64,000 nt of DNA from Candidatus Methylomirabilia bacterium (GTDB lineage: Bacteria; Methylomirabilota; Methylomirabilia; Rokubacteriales; CSP1-6), in contig JBGQHJ010000001.1 in assembly GCA_041497895.1 (NCBI GenBank), positions 64,001-128,000 on the forward strand, given 5' to 3'. Under the pieces are notes generated by a model. It ran no database searches. It had not been told where the DNA came from and saw only the letters and a list, made by a program, of their open reading frames with translations. Both the position numbers and the translations under genes were made by a program. How positions within the stretch are numbered: position 1 is the stretch's first letter; each line of letters begins with the position of its first letter. Of the stretch, positions 8,687-19,312 are shown one piece after another.

Positions 8687-9749
8687 CCGCGACGCGGTCG
8701 AGCGGCGCCATCGCGGGGGCGACATCCTCCGCGAACAGGCGCATCGACCGCAGGGCCAGGTCGGTGCGGAGCCCGGGCAGGGCCATCACCAGGAGCACGC
8801 GCTCGTAGCGGGTGGCCTCGCAGAACTGCTGGAGCCCGCGGGTCACCTCGGCGGGCGTGCCGACCAGGGCCCAGCCGTCGTCCAGGTACTCGCGGAAGGA
8901 ACGCAGGCGGAGCAGGGAGCGGTCGAAGGAGCCGGGAACCGAGCCACCGGTGGCGTCGGAGCGCAGCACCGCCATCCGCCGCTGGTAGCCCATGAACGGC
9001 GCCTCGATGGCGCGCAGCGCCTCGTCGTGATCGGGGGCCACGTGCACCACCCGCATGCCCCACGAGCGCGCCTCGAGCGCCTCGATCTCGGCCGGCGCGC
9101 GGCCGGCCGCGAGCGAGGCCTCGCGGTAGATCCGGTGTCGCCGCTGCAGCTCCGGCACCGGCACGAAGAACGACGACAGGGTGGGCAGGCCCAGGCGCGC
9201 GGCGGAGCGCACGCTCTCCTCGCTGTTGGAGGCGATGAACAGCGGCGGATGCGGCCGCTGCACCGGCTGCGGGCGCACGTGGAGGCGCTCGGCCGAGTGG
9301 AAGCGGCCGGAGAAGTCGAAGGGCGCGCCGCTCCAGGATCGGCGCATGAGCGCGACCCCCTCCTCGACCCGCGCCCGGCTGTCGTCGCGGTCGGACTGGA
9401 AGGTCTGGTAGTCCTGCAGCGTGCCGCCGCGGCCGATCCCCACGTCGAGCCGCCCGCCGCTCACCACGTCGAGCACGGCGAGCGACTCCGCCAGGTCCAC
9501 CGGGTGGTGGAGCGGCAGCAGGCTCACGCCCATCCCGAGGCGCAGGGTAGCCGTCCGCGCCGCCACGAAGGACGCCAGGACCGGCGGCGTGGGGCAGAGG
9601 CCGTAGTCGTTGAAGTGGTGCTCGGCGATCCAGACCGAGTGGTAGCCGAGCGCCTCGGCGGCGAGCATCTGCTCGAGGCCCGAGTGGTAGACCAGCTGCT
9701 CGCTCCACTGCTCGTCGCGCTGCATGAGGAAGAACAGTCCGAAGTCCAT
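8649..9749 (-). CDS. LLM class flavin-dependent oxidoreductase
   Basis: WIAEHHF, LDVVSGGRLDVGIGRG. Confidence 0.9.
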   Translation of the reverse strand: MDFGLFFLMQRDEQWSEQLVYHSGLEQMLAAEALGYHSVWIAEHHFNDYGLCPTPPVLASFVAARTATLRLGMGVSLLPLHHPVDLAESLAVLDVVSGGRLDVGIGRGGTLQDYQTFQSDRDDSRARVEEGVALMRRSWSGAPFDFSGRFHSAERLHVRPQPVQRPHPPLFIASNSEESVRSAARLGLPTLSSFFVPVPELQRRHRIYREASLAAGRAPAEIEALEARSWGMRVVHVAPDHDEALRAIEAPFMGYQRRMAVLRSDATGGSVPGSFDRSLLRLRSFREYLDDGWALVGTPAEVTRGLQQFCEATRYERVLLVMALPGLRTDLALRSMRLFAEDVAPAMAPLDRVAATGFAGTRSSPR

Positions 9750-9762
9750 GGATCCTCCTGGG

Positions 9763-11031
9763 TCAGTTCACATCCGGGCGAAAGATCGCGCGCAGCACGT
9801 CCGGGGCGAGCGCCCGGTCGGGGAGGCCGGGGCCGAAGCGAGTCTCGAAGTCGGAGCGCAGCAGCTCCCGGTACTGCACGGTCCCGGGCTGCCGCAGCCC
9901 CGCGTACACGTACACCACGTCGGTGTGCTCGTCGGGCACCGCCACCGCCCGGGCGAGGTCGCGCCACGTGGCGACGTCACCCCAGCGCGGATCGAGGGCC
10001 ATCAGCCAGGCCCGCTCGTCCCGGCCGGGCGCCCGCGGTGCCGCGAGGGCGGCCCCGATGAGATCGCGCAGCGCCGGCTCGCCCGCGAGCGCGGCCGCCA
10101 CGTGATCCTGGGCGGTGAGGTTCCGCGCGCGCGAGAGCCCGGCGGCCAGCGCCCGGAAGAGCGAGTCGGGCGGCGCGGCGGCGCCGTTCCAGGCGGGGAG
10201 CGCGGCGCGCAGCTCGCGGAACGGCTCGAGGCGGCCCCAGCGCTCCGCGTCGCTCCAGCCCGCGGTGTTGTCCCACGCCACCACGAAGGCGAGCGCGTCG
10301 TCGCCCGCGCCGGTCGCCACGCGGCCGCTGACCTGCTCGTCGAACAGCTCCGGATCGCAGGGATGGTTGTGGGCGCGGCACCAGTCGGCGGTGTACACGC
10401 CGCGCAGGTGGTCCACGTGGGCGCGCCGCAGCCCGCGCGCGGGCCGGGGCGGATAGAGCGCGGTCTTCGCCGCGCGGCCGCCATCCCAGAGCGCGAGGGC
10501 CACCGGGTGAAACGACGCGAAGTGCACCTGGTTCCGCTGGTAGACGAGCCGGCCGTCCGCGAGGGTGGCCACCGGCCAGCCGGCCAGGACGCCGCGCACC
10601 GCGAGATCGGGTCCGAGGACGATCGTGCACTCGGCGGACGGGTTGATGTGCGCCCGGACGAGGAAGCCGCCGGGGAACCGGTCGAGCGCGAGGCCGGACC
10701 GGCACAGCTCGGGCGGGAGCGCGCCGGCGTCGGCCGCTCCGCCCCAGTCGAGCGGCGCGGCGGTCCACCGTCGGGTGGCGCGCTCGAAGCGCACGGCCTG
10801 CAGGAGCGGCGCGGCGGGGGGCTTCGCGAGGTAGACCACCAGCAGGTCGCGCTCGTCGTCGAGCAGCTGGTAGGCCTGGAGCGGCTGGTCGGCGGCGGCC
10901 GGCGGCGGGGCCGGCACCCCCCGGGCGGCCAGCACCTCGCCGAGGGTCTCGGCGCGGGCGGGACCGACCACGAGCACGAGTGCGGCGAGCGGCCCGAGCA
11001 TCGCCCGGCCGCCCGCGGTCCGGATCCCCAT
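9763..11031 (-). CDS. Secreted hypothetical protein
   Basis: Signal peptide ending ARA; long ORF with GC3 bias. Confidence 0.65.
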   Translation of the reverse strand: MGIRTAGGRAMLGPLAALVLVVGPARAETLGEVLAARGVPAPPPAAADQPLQAYQLLDDERDLLVVYLAKPPAAPLLQAVRFERATRRWTAAPLDWGGAADAGALPPELCRSGLALDRFPGGFLVRAHINPSAECTIVLGPDLAVRGVLAGWPVATLADGRLVYQRNQVHFASFHPVALALWDGGRAAKTALYPPRPARGLRRAHVDHLRGVYTADWCRAHNHPCDPELFDEQVSGRVATGAGDDALAFVVAWDNTAGWSDAERWGRLEPFRELRAALPAWNGAAAPPDSLFRALAAGLSRARNLTAQDHVAAALAGEPALRDLIGAALAAPRAPGRDERAWLMALDPRWGDVATWRDLARAVAVPDEHTDVVYVYAGLRQPGTVQYRELLRSDFETRFGPGLPDRALAPDVLRAIFRPDVN

Positions 11032-11172
11032 GGCCGGCTACTATACGCTCCGCTTGACTTTACCGTCGGCGCTGCGGCATAGTCCCCGCACTCGCAGCCC
11101 GGTGTAATGACGCACCGGCTCGAGTTCGCTCGAGGTCCTTTCCTTCACGCAGACGTGAGAAGGAGAGCCGCG

Positions 11173-12870
11173 ATGCCCGACGATCTCCTCGCCCCGCTTC
11201 CCTCCCGGCTCGATCGCCGTCAGTTCCTCACGCGTGCTGGATGGACCGGCCTCGGCGCCGGCGCCCTCGTGGTGGGCACCGGGCGGGGGCGCGCGCAGGC
11301 CCAGGCGCGGGGGGCCTCCTATCCCGACTGGATCGCGGCCAGCCCGAAACCGCCCAAGCGCGGCGGCGTGCTGACCCGGGCCTCCTCGTGGGACCCGCCG
11401 GTGATCGATCCGCGGCTGACCCAGTCCATCGGGCTCCACCAGTTCGCGGTCCTCGTCGGCAATCGCCTCGTGCGCTACGCGTTCGCGGACGAGGTGAGCG
11501 GCCCCACCGACCTCGGCCTCAAGGGCGACCTCGCGGAGTCGTGGCAGCCGAGCCCCGACCACCGCGTGTGGACGTTCAAGCTGCGCCAGGGCGTCAAGTG
11601 GCAGAACGTGCCGCCACTCAACGGGCGCGAGTTCGTGGCCGCCGACGTCAAGTACTGCTTCGAGGCCTACGCGAAGGAGGGGGCGCAGTCCTTCACCTTC
11701 CAGGAGGTCGAGGCCATCGAGACGCCGGACAAGTACACGGTCCGGATCCACCTCAAGACGCCCAACGTGTTCTTCGCGCACAACCTGGCCGAGCCGATCA
11801 CCATCCTGTTCGCCCGCGAGGTCCTCGAGCAGGACGGCGACCTCAAGAAGCATCTGATCGGTACCGGACCGTACATCCTCAAGGAGCACACGCGCAAGGT
11901 GAGGGTGGTGCTGCAGCGGAACCCCGACTACTTCGACAAGGGGCGCCCCTACTTCGACGAGTACGTCATCCTCTCGACCCCCGACGCCGCGACCCGCATG
12001 GCCGCGTTCCGCACCGGGCAGAGCGACATCATCTGGCTGGCGAGCCCCTCGGAGGTGGAGACGGTCCGCAAGACCAACCCGAGCGCCCTCGTGCAGTCGT
12101 ACCACAACACGCTGACCCCGTTCGGGGTGGCCCTCGCCCAGGACAAGCCGCCCTTCAACGACGTCCGCGTGCGCCGTGCGCTGTCCATGGCGATCGACCG
12201 GCAGAAGCAGGCCGACACGCTGTTCGAGGGGCACGGCATCATCGGCTGGGGCGTGCCGTACATCTACTACCAGGACAAGGCGCCGACCCTGGCCGACCTC
12301 GGGCCGTGGTGGCAGTATCGCCCCGCGGAGGCCAAGAAGCTCCTGGCCGACGCCGGCCACCCGAACGGCTTGGAGACCACGCTGTTCTATTACGAGTACT
12401 TCCCGCAGATGACCTCGCAGGTGCAGCTCGTGCAGCAGGACCTCAAGCGCAACCTCAACGTCGACGTCAAGATCACCAAGCTCGACTACACGACCTACTA
12501 CGGCCGCTACGCCGAGAACAAGTGGGACGGCATGTCCTGGGGCTTCCAGTCGGGGCACGCGGTGGGCCTCGACGAGCGCACCTACCAGTACATGCACTCG
12601 AAGTCGACGAAGAACTTCTTCCGCGTCAACGACCCGGTGATCGACCAGCTCACCACCAAGCTGCGCCAGACGCCGGACCGTGCCGACCAGCGGACCCTCA
12701 CGAAGAAGATCGTCGACCGAGAATTCGATCAGGTCCTCCGGATGTGGATGCCCTACGACAACGGGTTCCTGGTCTTCCAGCCGCACCTGCGGAACGGGGC
12801 GGCCCTGGCCCTGCGGCGGACCGACGGCTACGGCGCCTCCGCGATCGCCCGGGTCTGGCCGGACAAGTAG
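11173..12870 (+). CDS. ABC peptide/nickel transporter substrate-binding protein (family 5), Tat signal
   Basis: DRRQFL Tat motif; GDLAESW, FKLRQGVKW, GTGPY. Confidence 0.92.
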   Translation: MPDDLLAPLPSRLDRRQFLTRAGWTGLGAGALVVGTGRGRAQAQARGASYPDWIAASPKPPKRGGVLTRASSWDPPVIDPRLTQSIGLHQFAVLVGNRLVRYAFADEVSGPTDLGLKGDLAESWQPSPDHRVWTFKLRQGVKWQNVPPLNGREFVAADVKYCFEAYAKEGAQSFTFQEVEAIETPDKYTVRIHLKTPNVFFAHNLAEPITILFAREVLEQDGDLKKHLIGTGPYILKEHTRKVRVVLQRNPDYFDKGRPYFDEYVILSTPDAATRMAAFRTGQSDIIWLASPSEVETVRKTNPSALVQSYHNTLTPFGVALAQDKPPFNDVRVRRALSMAIDRQKQADTLFEGHGIIGWGVPYIYYQDKAPTLADLGPWWQYRPAEAKKLLADAGHPNGLETTLFYYEYFPQMTSQVQLVQQDLKRNLNVDVKITKLDYTTYYGRYAENKWDGMSWGFQSGHAVGLDERTYQYMHSKSTKNFFRVNDPVIDQLTTKLRQTPDRADQRTLTKKIVDREFDQVLRMWMPYDNGFLVFQPHLRNGAALALRRTDGYGASAIARVWPDK

Positions 12871-12904
12871 CGGGGCGCGGCGGCGGGGGCGGGGGCAGCG
12901 CTCC

Positions 12905-13855
12905 GTGTACAAGTACGCGATCCGCCGGCTCATGCTGGCGGTACCGGTCCTGCTGCTGTCGTCGCTGATCGTGTTCGGCCTCATGCGGGTGATGCCGGGC
13001 GACGCGCTCACCGCCCTCATGGGCGAGTCCGGCAACATCGGCGAGCGGGAACTCGCCAAGATCCGCAAGGACCTGCGCCTCGACCTGCCGTACCACGAGC
13101 AGTACCTCCTGTGGGTGTGGCAGATGGTGAGCTTCCACCCCGGCGACTCGATCTTCACCGGCGAGCCGATCGCGGTGAGCCTCGCCAAGGCGGTGCCGGT
13201 CACCGTCGAGCTCGCCGCGCTCGCGATGGTGCTGGGGCTGATCATCGCGGTGCCCATCGGCGTGCTCTCGGCCACGCGCCAGGACTCCGCCTCGGATTAC
13301 GTGGGCCGGGTGGTGGCGGTCTCCGGACTCTCGTTCCCGGACTTCTGGCTGGGTACGCTCGTGATCACCTTCGCGGCGATCTGGTTCCACTGGATCCCCG
13401 CGATCGGCTACGTGAGCTTCTGGGAGTCGCCCCTGCGCAACCTCCAGCAGTTCCTCCTCCCCGCCGCGGTGCTGGGCTTCCGGCTCTCCGCCGCGACGAT
13501 GCGAATGACCCGCTCGACCGTGCTCGAGGTCCTGCGCGAGGACTACGTGCGCACCGCCTGGGCCAAGGGCCTCGAGGGCCGCATCGTGGTCTACAAGCAC
13601 GCGCTCAAGAACGCGCTGATCCCGGTGGTCACCATCGTGGGCGGCCAGCTCGGCGTGCTCCTGGCCGGCACGGTGGTGGTGGAGACGATCTTCGCCCTGC
13701 CCGGCATGGGCCGTCTCACGGTGGAGGCGATTCTCTTCCGCGACTACCCGGTGGTGCAGACCAACGTGATGCTGGTGGCGGGCACCCTGGTCTCCCTGAA
13801 CCTCCTGGTGGACCTCACCTACGCGTGGCTCGATCCGCGAATCCGCTATCGATGA
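12905..13855 (+). CDS. ABC peptide transporter permease (DppB-like)
   Basis: EDYVRTAWAKG, HALKNALIP, DPRIRY. Confidence 0.92.
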   Translation: MYKYAIRRLMLAVPVLLLSSLIVFGLMRVMPGDALTALMGESGNIGERELAKIRKDLRLDLPYHEQYLLWVWQMVSFHPGDSIFTGEPIAVSLAKAVPVTVELAALAMVLGLIIAVPIGVLSATRQDSASDYVGRVVAVSGLSFPDFWLGTLVITFAAIWFHWIPAIGYVSFWESPLRNLQQFLLPAAVLGFRLSAATMRMTRSTVLEVLREDYVRTAWAKGLEGRIVVYKHALKNALIPVVTIVGGQLGVLLAGTVVVETIFALPGMGRLTVEAILFRDYPVVQTNVMLVAGTLVSLNLLVDLTYAWLDPRIRYR

Positions 13856-13871
13856 CGGGCGAGGAGCGCCG

Positions 13872-14774
13872 ATGGCGACCGTGACCGCGCGCACCGCGGC
13901 CGACCTCGAGACCGAGTCGACCGTCGAGATCGGCCGGCTCCGGTCGCTCTGGACCGCCATGCGGCGCAAGCCGCTCGGCGCGGCCTCGGCGCTGCTCATC
14001 GCGACGCTGGTGCTGACCGCGATCCTGGCCGACGTGATCGCTCCCTACGATCCGCTCGCGGCCCAGCCCGAGATCCGCCTGGCCGCGCCCAGCTGGGACC
14101 ACCCCTTCGGCACCGACGACATCGGCCGCGACGTGCTGAGCCGGGTCATCCACGGCAGCCGCATCTCGCTGTGGGTGGGGCTGCTCGCGGTGGGCATCGG
14201 CACCGTGGCGGGCATGATCATCGGCCTGCTGTCGGGCTACTGCGAGGGCCGGACCGATCTGATCCTGCAGCGGCTGATGGACGGCATCCAGGCCATCCCG
14301 GGGCTGGTGCTGGCCCTGGCCATCGTCTCGGTGCTGCGGCCGAACACGACCAACGCGATGATCGCGATCGCGATGGTGATCATCCCGGGCAACTCGCGCA
14401 TCGTGCGCGGGGCGGTGCTCTCGGCCAAGCAGAACCGCTACGTGGAGGCCGCGCAGGCCATCGGCTGCCGCCACCCGCGGATCATCCTGAGCCACATCCT
14501 GCCCAACGTGACCGCGCCCATCCTGGTCATCGCCTCGATCTGGCTCGGCAACGCGATCCTGATCGAGGCCACGCTGTCCTTCCTCGGGGTCGGCACCCAG
14601 CCGCCCACGCCCTCCTGGGGCCTGATGCTCAGCAGCACCGGGCGGGCGTTCATGGAGCAGGCGCCGTGGCTCGCCCTCTTTCCCGGGCTCGCCATCAGCC
14701 TGTCCGTGCTCGGTTTCAATCTCTTCGGCGACACGCTGCGCGACGCGTGGGATCCGAAGCTGCGACGGAGCTAG
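13872..14774 (+). CDS. ABC peptide transporter permease (DppC-like)
   Basis: HPFGTDDIGRD, YVEAA, HILPN, PSWG. Confidence 0.92.
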   Translation: MATVTARTAADLETESTVEIGRLRSLWTAMRRKPLGAASALLIATLVLTAILADVIAPYDPLAAQPEIRLAAPSWDHPFGTDDIGRDVLSRVIHGSRISLWVGLLAVGIGTVAGMIIGLLSGYCEGRTDLILQRLMDGIQAIPGLVLALAIVSVLRPNTTNAMIAIAMVIIPGNSRIVRGAVLSAKQNRYVEAAQAIGCRHPRIILSHILPNVTAPILVIASIWLGNAILIEATLSFLGVGTQPPTPSWGLMLSSTGRAFMEQAPWLALFPGLAISLSVLGFNLFGDTLRDAWDPKLRRS

Positions 14775-14881
14775 GCGGGCCGACCGCGGCTTGACACGAC
14801 CCGCGCGCTGTGGGAGGTTCGCCGCCAATCGGTCCACAGCGTCGCGGTGCACGTTCCGCCGGTCGGGAGGCCCGTCCCTTC

Positions 14882-16441
14882 ATGATCCTCCGTCACAGTC
14901 GTCGCGCGATCCAGGCCGGTCTGCTCGGCATCGCCCTGCTGCTCGTCCTGCCGGTGGGTCACGGCCCCGACCGAGCACGCGCCCAGGCCCGGCCGGAGGG
15001 GGAGATGCGCTGGGCCCTCTACGTGACCCTCTCCCCGGCCTGGTTCGATCCGGCGGAGGTGGTGGGCGTCATCACCCCGTTCTGGGTGCTCTTCGCGATG
15101 CACGACGCGCTGGTCAAGCCGATGCCGGGCGGCATGCTGACCCCGAGCCTCGCCGAGTCGTGGAAGGTGAGCCCGGACCACCGCGTGTACGAGTTCAAGC
15201 TGCGCGAGGGGCTCAAGTTCCACAACGGCGACCCGTTCACCGCGGACGACGTCAAGTTCAGCTTCCTGCGGGCCAAGGGGGCCCGGATCCTCCAGGAGAA
15301 GGTGAAGGACATCGAGATCGCGGGGCCCTACCGGGTGCGCTTCCACCTGCACGAGCCCTGGCCCGACTTCATGACCTTCTACGGGACGTTCGCCACCGGC
15401 GCGGGCTGGATCGTTCCCAAGAAGTACATGGAGCAGGTGGGGCCCGACGGCTTCAAGAAGAACCCGGTCGGGCTCGGGCCCTACAAGTTCGTCAGCCACA
15501 CCCCGGGCGTGGAGCTCGTGATGGAGGCCAACGAGACCTACTGGCGCAAGATGCCCTCGGTGAAGCGGCTCGTCTACAAGAGCGTGCCGGAGGCGACCAC
15601 CCGCCTGGCCATGCTCAAGCGCGGCGAGGTCGATCTGGCCTACCTGCTCGACGCCCCGCAGGCCCTCGAGGTGAAGCGCGATCCCAACTTCAAGCTCGCG
15701 TTCTCGGGCGGCATCGGGACGTTCTACCTGGACTTCCTCGACCAGGCCGATCCGAAGTCGCCGTGGCACGACCGCCGGGTCCGGCTCGCGGCCAGCCACG
15801 CGATGGACCGCAAGGCGCTGAGCGAGGCCGAAACCCTCGGGGCCTCCCGGCCCACCGGCAGCATGATCCCGCCCAAGTTCGAGTTCGCGCTGCCGCTCGA
15901 GCCGCATCCCTACAACCCGGCCCGCGCCAAGCAGCTGCTGGCCGAGGCGGGGTACCCGAACGGCTTCGACGCGGGCGATCTCTACCCGTGGCCGCCGTAC
16001 ACCACGATGGGGGAGGCGGTCGGCGGGTACCTGGGCGCGGTGGGGATCAAGGTGCGCCTGCGGACGATGGAGCGGGCCGCCTTCTACTCGACGCTGGCCT
16101 CGAAGAAGATCCACGGGCTCTGCGTGTGCATCAACGCGGTCTACGGCAACGCCGCCTCCCGGATGGCCGAGACGGTGCCGAGCGACGGCGCGTTCTCCTA
16201 CGCGGGCGAGGCCGACATCGACGCGCTCTACAAGCAGCAGAGCCGGGAGACCGACCCCCGCAAGCGGGAGGCGCTGCTGCACCAGATCCAGCGGACCCTC
16301 CACGAGCGGGTCCGCTTCGCGCCGATCATGGACTTCATCTGGCCGAGCGGGGTGAGTACCCGGGTGGCCGAGCCCGCCCTGATGCTGATCGATCCCTACC
16401 CCTGGTCGGCGCCCCTGGAGGACGTGCGGCTCAAGAAGTGA
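14882..16441 (+). CDS. ABC transporter substrate-binding protein (family 5)
   Basis: Signal peptide; SLAESW, FKLREGLKFHNGDP. Confidence 0.92.
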   Translation: MILRHSRRAIQAGLLGIALLLVLPVGHGPDRARAQARPEGEMRWALYVTLSPAWFDPAEVVGVITPFWVLFAMHDALVKPMPGGMLTPSLAESWKVSPDHRVYEFKLREGLKFHNGDPFTADDVKFSFLRAKGARILQEKVKDIEIAGPYRVRFHLHEPWPDFMTFYGTFATGAGWIVPKKYMEQVGPDGFKKNPVGLGPYKFVSHTPGVELVMEANETYWRKMPSVKRLVYKSVPEATTRLAMLKRGEVDLAYLLDAPQALEVKRDPNFKLAFSGGIGTFYLDFLDQADPKSPWHDRRVRLAASHAMDRKALSEAETLGASRPTGSMIPPKFEFALPLEPHPYNPARAKQLLAEAGYPNGFDAGDLYPWPPYTTMGEAVGGYLGAVGIKVRLRTMERAAFYSTLASKKIHGLCVCINAVYGNAASRMAETVPSDGAFSYAGEADIDALYKQQSRETDPRKREALLHQIQRTLHERVRFAPIMDFIWPSGVSTRVAEPALMLIDPYPWSAPLEDVRLKK

Positions 16442-16856
16442 CGCGCCCGGGCCGGGTCAGCCGGCGCCGGCCCTCGGCCGCGAGCAGCTCGTTGGTGGCG
16501 CGCAGCTTGACCGAGAGATCGCGGATGATTGCCACCGCCAGGGTCGGGTTGGTGCGCACCAGGTGGTGGAGCCGCTTCGCCGGGATGACCACCAGCGTGA
16601 CCAGCTCGGCGGCCACCGCGGTCGCCGAGCGGGGGGAGCTGCCGAAGAGCCCGAGCTCGCCCAGGAGCTCGCCCTTGACGTAGGTCCGCAGCAGGCGCTG
16701 CTCGTCGGCCACCGCCTTTCGGACGTCGACCCGGCCCGCGTGGACCAGGTAGGCCTCGTCCCGCGGATCGTCGCCCTCGCGGAAGATCACCTCGCCCGCG
16801 CGGAACACGCGGGTCTGGACGTTTCCCGGTTTGGGGGTCCCCGGCTTGGAGTTCAT
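16431..16856 (-). CDS. Stand-alone cyclic nucleotide-binding domain protein
   Basis: GEVIFREGD, GELLGELGL, PRSATAVA. Confidence 0.88.
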   Translation of the reverse strand: MNSKPGTPKPGNVQTRVFRAGEVIFREGDDPRDEAYLVHAGRVDVRKAVADEQRLLRTYVKGELLGELGLFGSSPRSATAVAAELVTLVVIPAKRLHHLVRTNPTLAVAIIRDLSVKLRATNELLAAEGRRRLTRPGRVTS

Positions 16857-16911
16857 GGTCTTCAACCCCCCTATAATAAGCGGTGCGACCGACGAATACC
16901 GGAGGGAACGG

Positions 16912-17661
16912 ATGCGACTCGCGGGCAAGGTGGCGCTGGTCACGGGCGGGCAGCAGGGAATCGGCCGGGCCATCGCGCTGGCCATGGCGGGCGAGGGCGC
17001 GGATGTCGGGCTGAACTTCCTCGACGACCCGGCGGCGGCCGAGGGCGTGGCCGGAGAGATCCGGGGGCTCGGGCGCCGGGCGCTCACCGTCAAGGGCGAC
17101 GTCGCGCGGGCCGCGGACGTGCAGGCGCTGGTCGCCGCGGTCACCGGTGGCCTCGGGCCGCCCGACGTCCTGGTCAACAACGCGGGCGTCTTCCCCCGCT
17201 CGCCGTTCCTCGAGCTGACCGAGCGCGAGTGGGATCACGTGCTGGGCGTGAACCTCAAGGGCGGCTTCCTCTGCGCCCAGGCGGTGGCGCGCGCGATGGT
17301 GGCCGCGGGCCGGGCCGGGGCCATCGTCAACATCTCCTCGTCGGCGGTCCGCGGCGACCCGCGGGGCGTGCACTACTCGGCGAGCAAGGCGGGGGTGATC
17401 GGCCTCACGCGCGCGATGGCGCTGGCCCTGGCGCCGCACCGCATCCGGGTCAACGCCATCGCGCCCGGGCTCACCGACACCGCGCAGCCGCGCTACGGCA
17501 ACACCGAGGACCAGATCGCGGCCCGCGCGCGCGAGATCCCGCTCGGGCGAATGGCCCGGCCGGAGGAGATCGCGCGGGTCGCGGTCTTCCTCGCCTCCGA
17601 GGACGCGAGCCAGATCACCGGTGAGCTGATCCACGTCAACGGGGGGGCCTACCTGGCCTGA
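16912..17661 (+). CDS. SDR family oxidoreductase
   Basis: TGGQQGIG, NNAG, YSASK. Confidence 0.92.
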   Translation: MRLAGKVALVTGGQQGIGRAIALAMAGEGADVGLNFLDDPAAAEGVAGEIRGLGRRALTVKGDVARAADVQALVAAVTGGLGPPDVLVNNAGVFPRSPFLELTEREWDHVLGVNLKGGFLCAQAVARAMVAAGRAGAIVNISSSAVRGDPRGVHYSASKAGVIGLTRAMALALAPHRIRVNAIAPGLTDTAQPRYGNTEDQIAARAREIPLGRMARPEEIARVAVFLASEDASQITGELIHVNGGAYLA

Positions 17662-17685
17662 GGCGGCCGGGCGGCAGCGCGCGCG

Positions 17686-18810
17686 ATGTGCGGATCGGCG
17701 GAGGACGCGGCGGGCGTGGGCCTGACGCGGCGGCGGCTCCTGGCCGGGGCCGGCGCGGCCCTCGGCGCGGCGGCGCTCGGCGGCTGCGCGGGCATCCACC
17801 GCCGGCGTCTCGACGAGCTCGACCCGCGGGTGCCCGCCCTGCTCGCCGCCACCACGTCGGTGGACTTCCACACCCACGCCGCCGGCGCGGGCTACGCGCG
17901 GGCGCCGCGCTTCGACCTGGCCGATCACATGCGGCGCGGCCGGCTCAGCGCGGTCTGCCTGTGCCACTCGGCCGACGGCCCGGTCATCCGGCGCCCGGTG
18001 GGCGGGGGGCGCATCCGCCAGTACCGCGACCCGGCCGAGGGCGAGCTGCGCGCTCACACCGAGCGGCGGCTCGCGTTCATGGACGCGCTGGTGGCGCAGC
18101 ACGGCATGACCCGCGTGCTGACCCCGGACGATCTCGAGGCGGCGCGCGCGGCCGGGCAGCCCGCGCTCATCGGCACGATCGAGGGCTGCCAGTTCATGGA
18201 CGGCCGGCTCGAGCGCGTGCGCGAGGTGTACGACCGCGGGGTCCGGCACCTCCAGCTCGTGCACTACATGCCGAGCGATCTCGGCGACCAGCAGACCGAG
18301 GACCCCCGCTGGGGCGGGCTGAGCCCGCTCGGCGCCGACGTCATCCGCGAATGCAACCGGCTCGGCATCGTGGTGGACGTGGCCCACGGCACCCACGCGC
18401 TGGTGCAGCAGGCCGCCACGGTGACCACCACGCCCTTCGTGCTCTCGCACACCTCGCTCGCCCGCGGTCCCCTCGGCGCCTACACGCGGCTGATCTCGGC
18501 CGAGCACGCGCGGCTCATGGCCCAGGTGGGCGGGGTCATCGGGGTGTGGCCGAGCGGCTTCTCGTTCGTGGACGCGCGGGACTGGGTGGGCGGCATCGCC
18601 CGCATGGTCGACGCGGCCGGGGTGGATCACGTGGGCATCGGCACCGACATGGAGGGCGGCGTGAACGAGGTGTGGGACGACTACGCGGACCTGCCCGCGG
18701 TGGCCGATCTCCTGCTCCGGCAGGGCTTCAGCCCGGCCGAGGCCGGGAAGCTGCTCGGCGGCAACTACGTGCGGGTGTTCCGCGCGGCGGCGGCGGCCCG
18801 GCGCGCCTGA
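17686..18810 (+). CDS. Membrane dipeptidase (M19), Tat lipoprotein
   Basis: TRRRLL + LGGC lipobox; DFHTH, IEG, DVAH, SHT, GIGTD. Confidence 0.88.
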   Translation: MCGSAEDAAGVGLTRRRLLAGAGAALGAAALGGCAGIHRRRLDELDPRVPALLAATTSVDFHTHAAGAGYARAPRFDLADHMRRGRLSAVCLCHSADGPVIRRPVGGGRIRQYRDPAEGELRAHTERRLAFMDALVAQHGMTRVLTPDDLEAARAAGQPALIGTIEGCQFMDGRLERVREVYDRGVRHLQLVHYMPSDLGDQQTEDPRWGGLSPLGADVIRECNRLGIVVDVAHGTHALVQQAATVTTTPFVLSHTSLARGPLGAYTRLISAEHARLMAQVGGVIGVWPSGFSFVDARDWVGGIARMVDAAGVDHVGIGTDMEGGVNEVWDDYADLPAVADLLLRQGFSPAEAGKLLGGNYVRVFRAAAAARRA

Positions 18811-18858
18811 GCGCGCCTCCGGCTGGCGCGCGGTGGTAGGCTCGACTCCGGAGGACCC

Positions 18859-19239
18859 ATGACCATGGCCAGAGGACCTGTCGTCAATCCGCAGATCACC
18901 ATCGAGCCGAATCCGAACCGGGTGATCGTCCGGCTGGACGGGGTGATCATCGCCGACTCCACCCGCGCGCTCGTGATGCGCGCGCCCGGTACCCCCGACC
19001 AGCAGTACATCCCGCGCGAGGACGTGGACATGGCCCGGCTCTCGCGCACGACCCACGCCACCCACTGCCCGTACAAGGGCGACGCGTCCTACTGGACGAT
19101 CCAGGGGAAGGGGCGCGAGGTCCCGAACGGGGTGTGGAGCTACGAGGCGCCGTACGAGGCGATGGCGCCCATCAAGGGCCACCTCGCGTTCTACGTCGAC
19201 CGGGTGGACCCGCTCGAGGAGCGGCCCGTCTCGGCCTGA
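18859..19239 (+). CDS. DUF427 domain protein
   Basis: YIPREDV, THCPYKGDASYW, WSYE. Confidence 0.88.
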   Translation: MTMARGPVVNPQITIEPNPNRVIVRLDGVIIADSTRALVMRAPGTPDQQYIPREDVDMARLSRTTHATHCPYKGDASYWTIQGKGREVPNGVWSYEAPYEAMAPIKGHLAFYVDRVDPLEERPVSA

Positions 19240-19312
19240 CGCCGGCCTCCCGGCCGGGGGGCGGTGCGCCCATCAGCTTCCTGGGCTAGAATCCGCCCGG
19301 GAGGCAACCTAC

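Noticed and set aside
16396..19182. Long antisense and alternative-frame ORFs (928 aa here, many others)
   Set aside because: Expected stop-poor shadows of real genes at high GC; Arg/Pro/Gly-rich with no motifs
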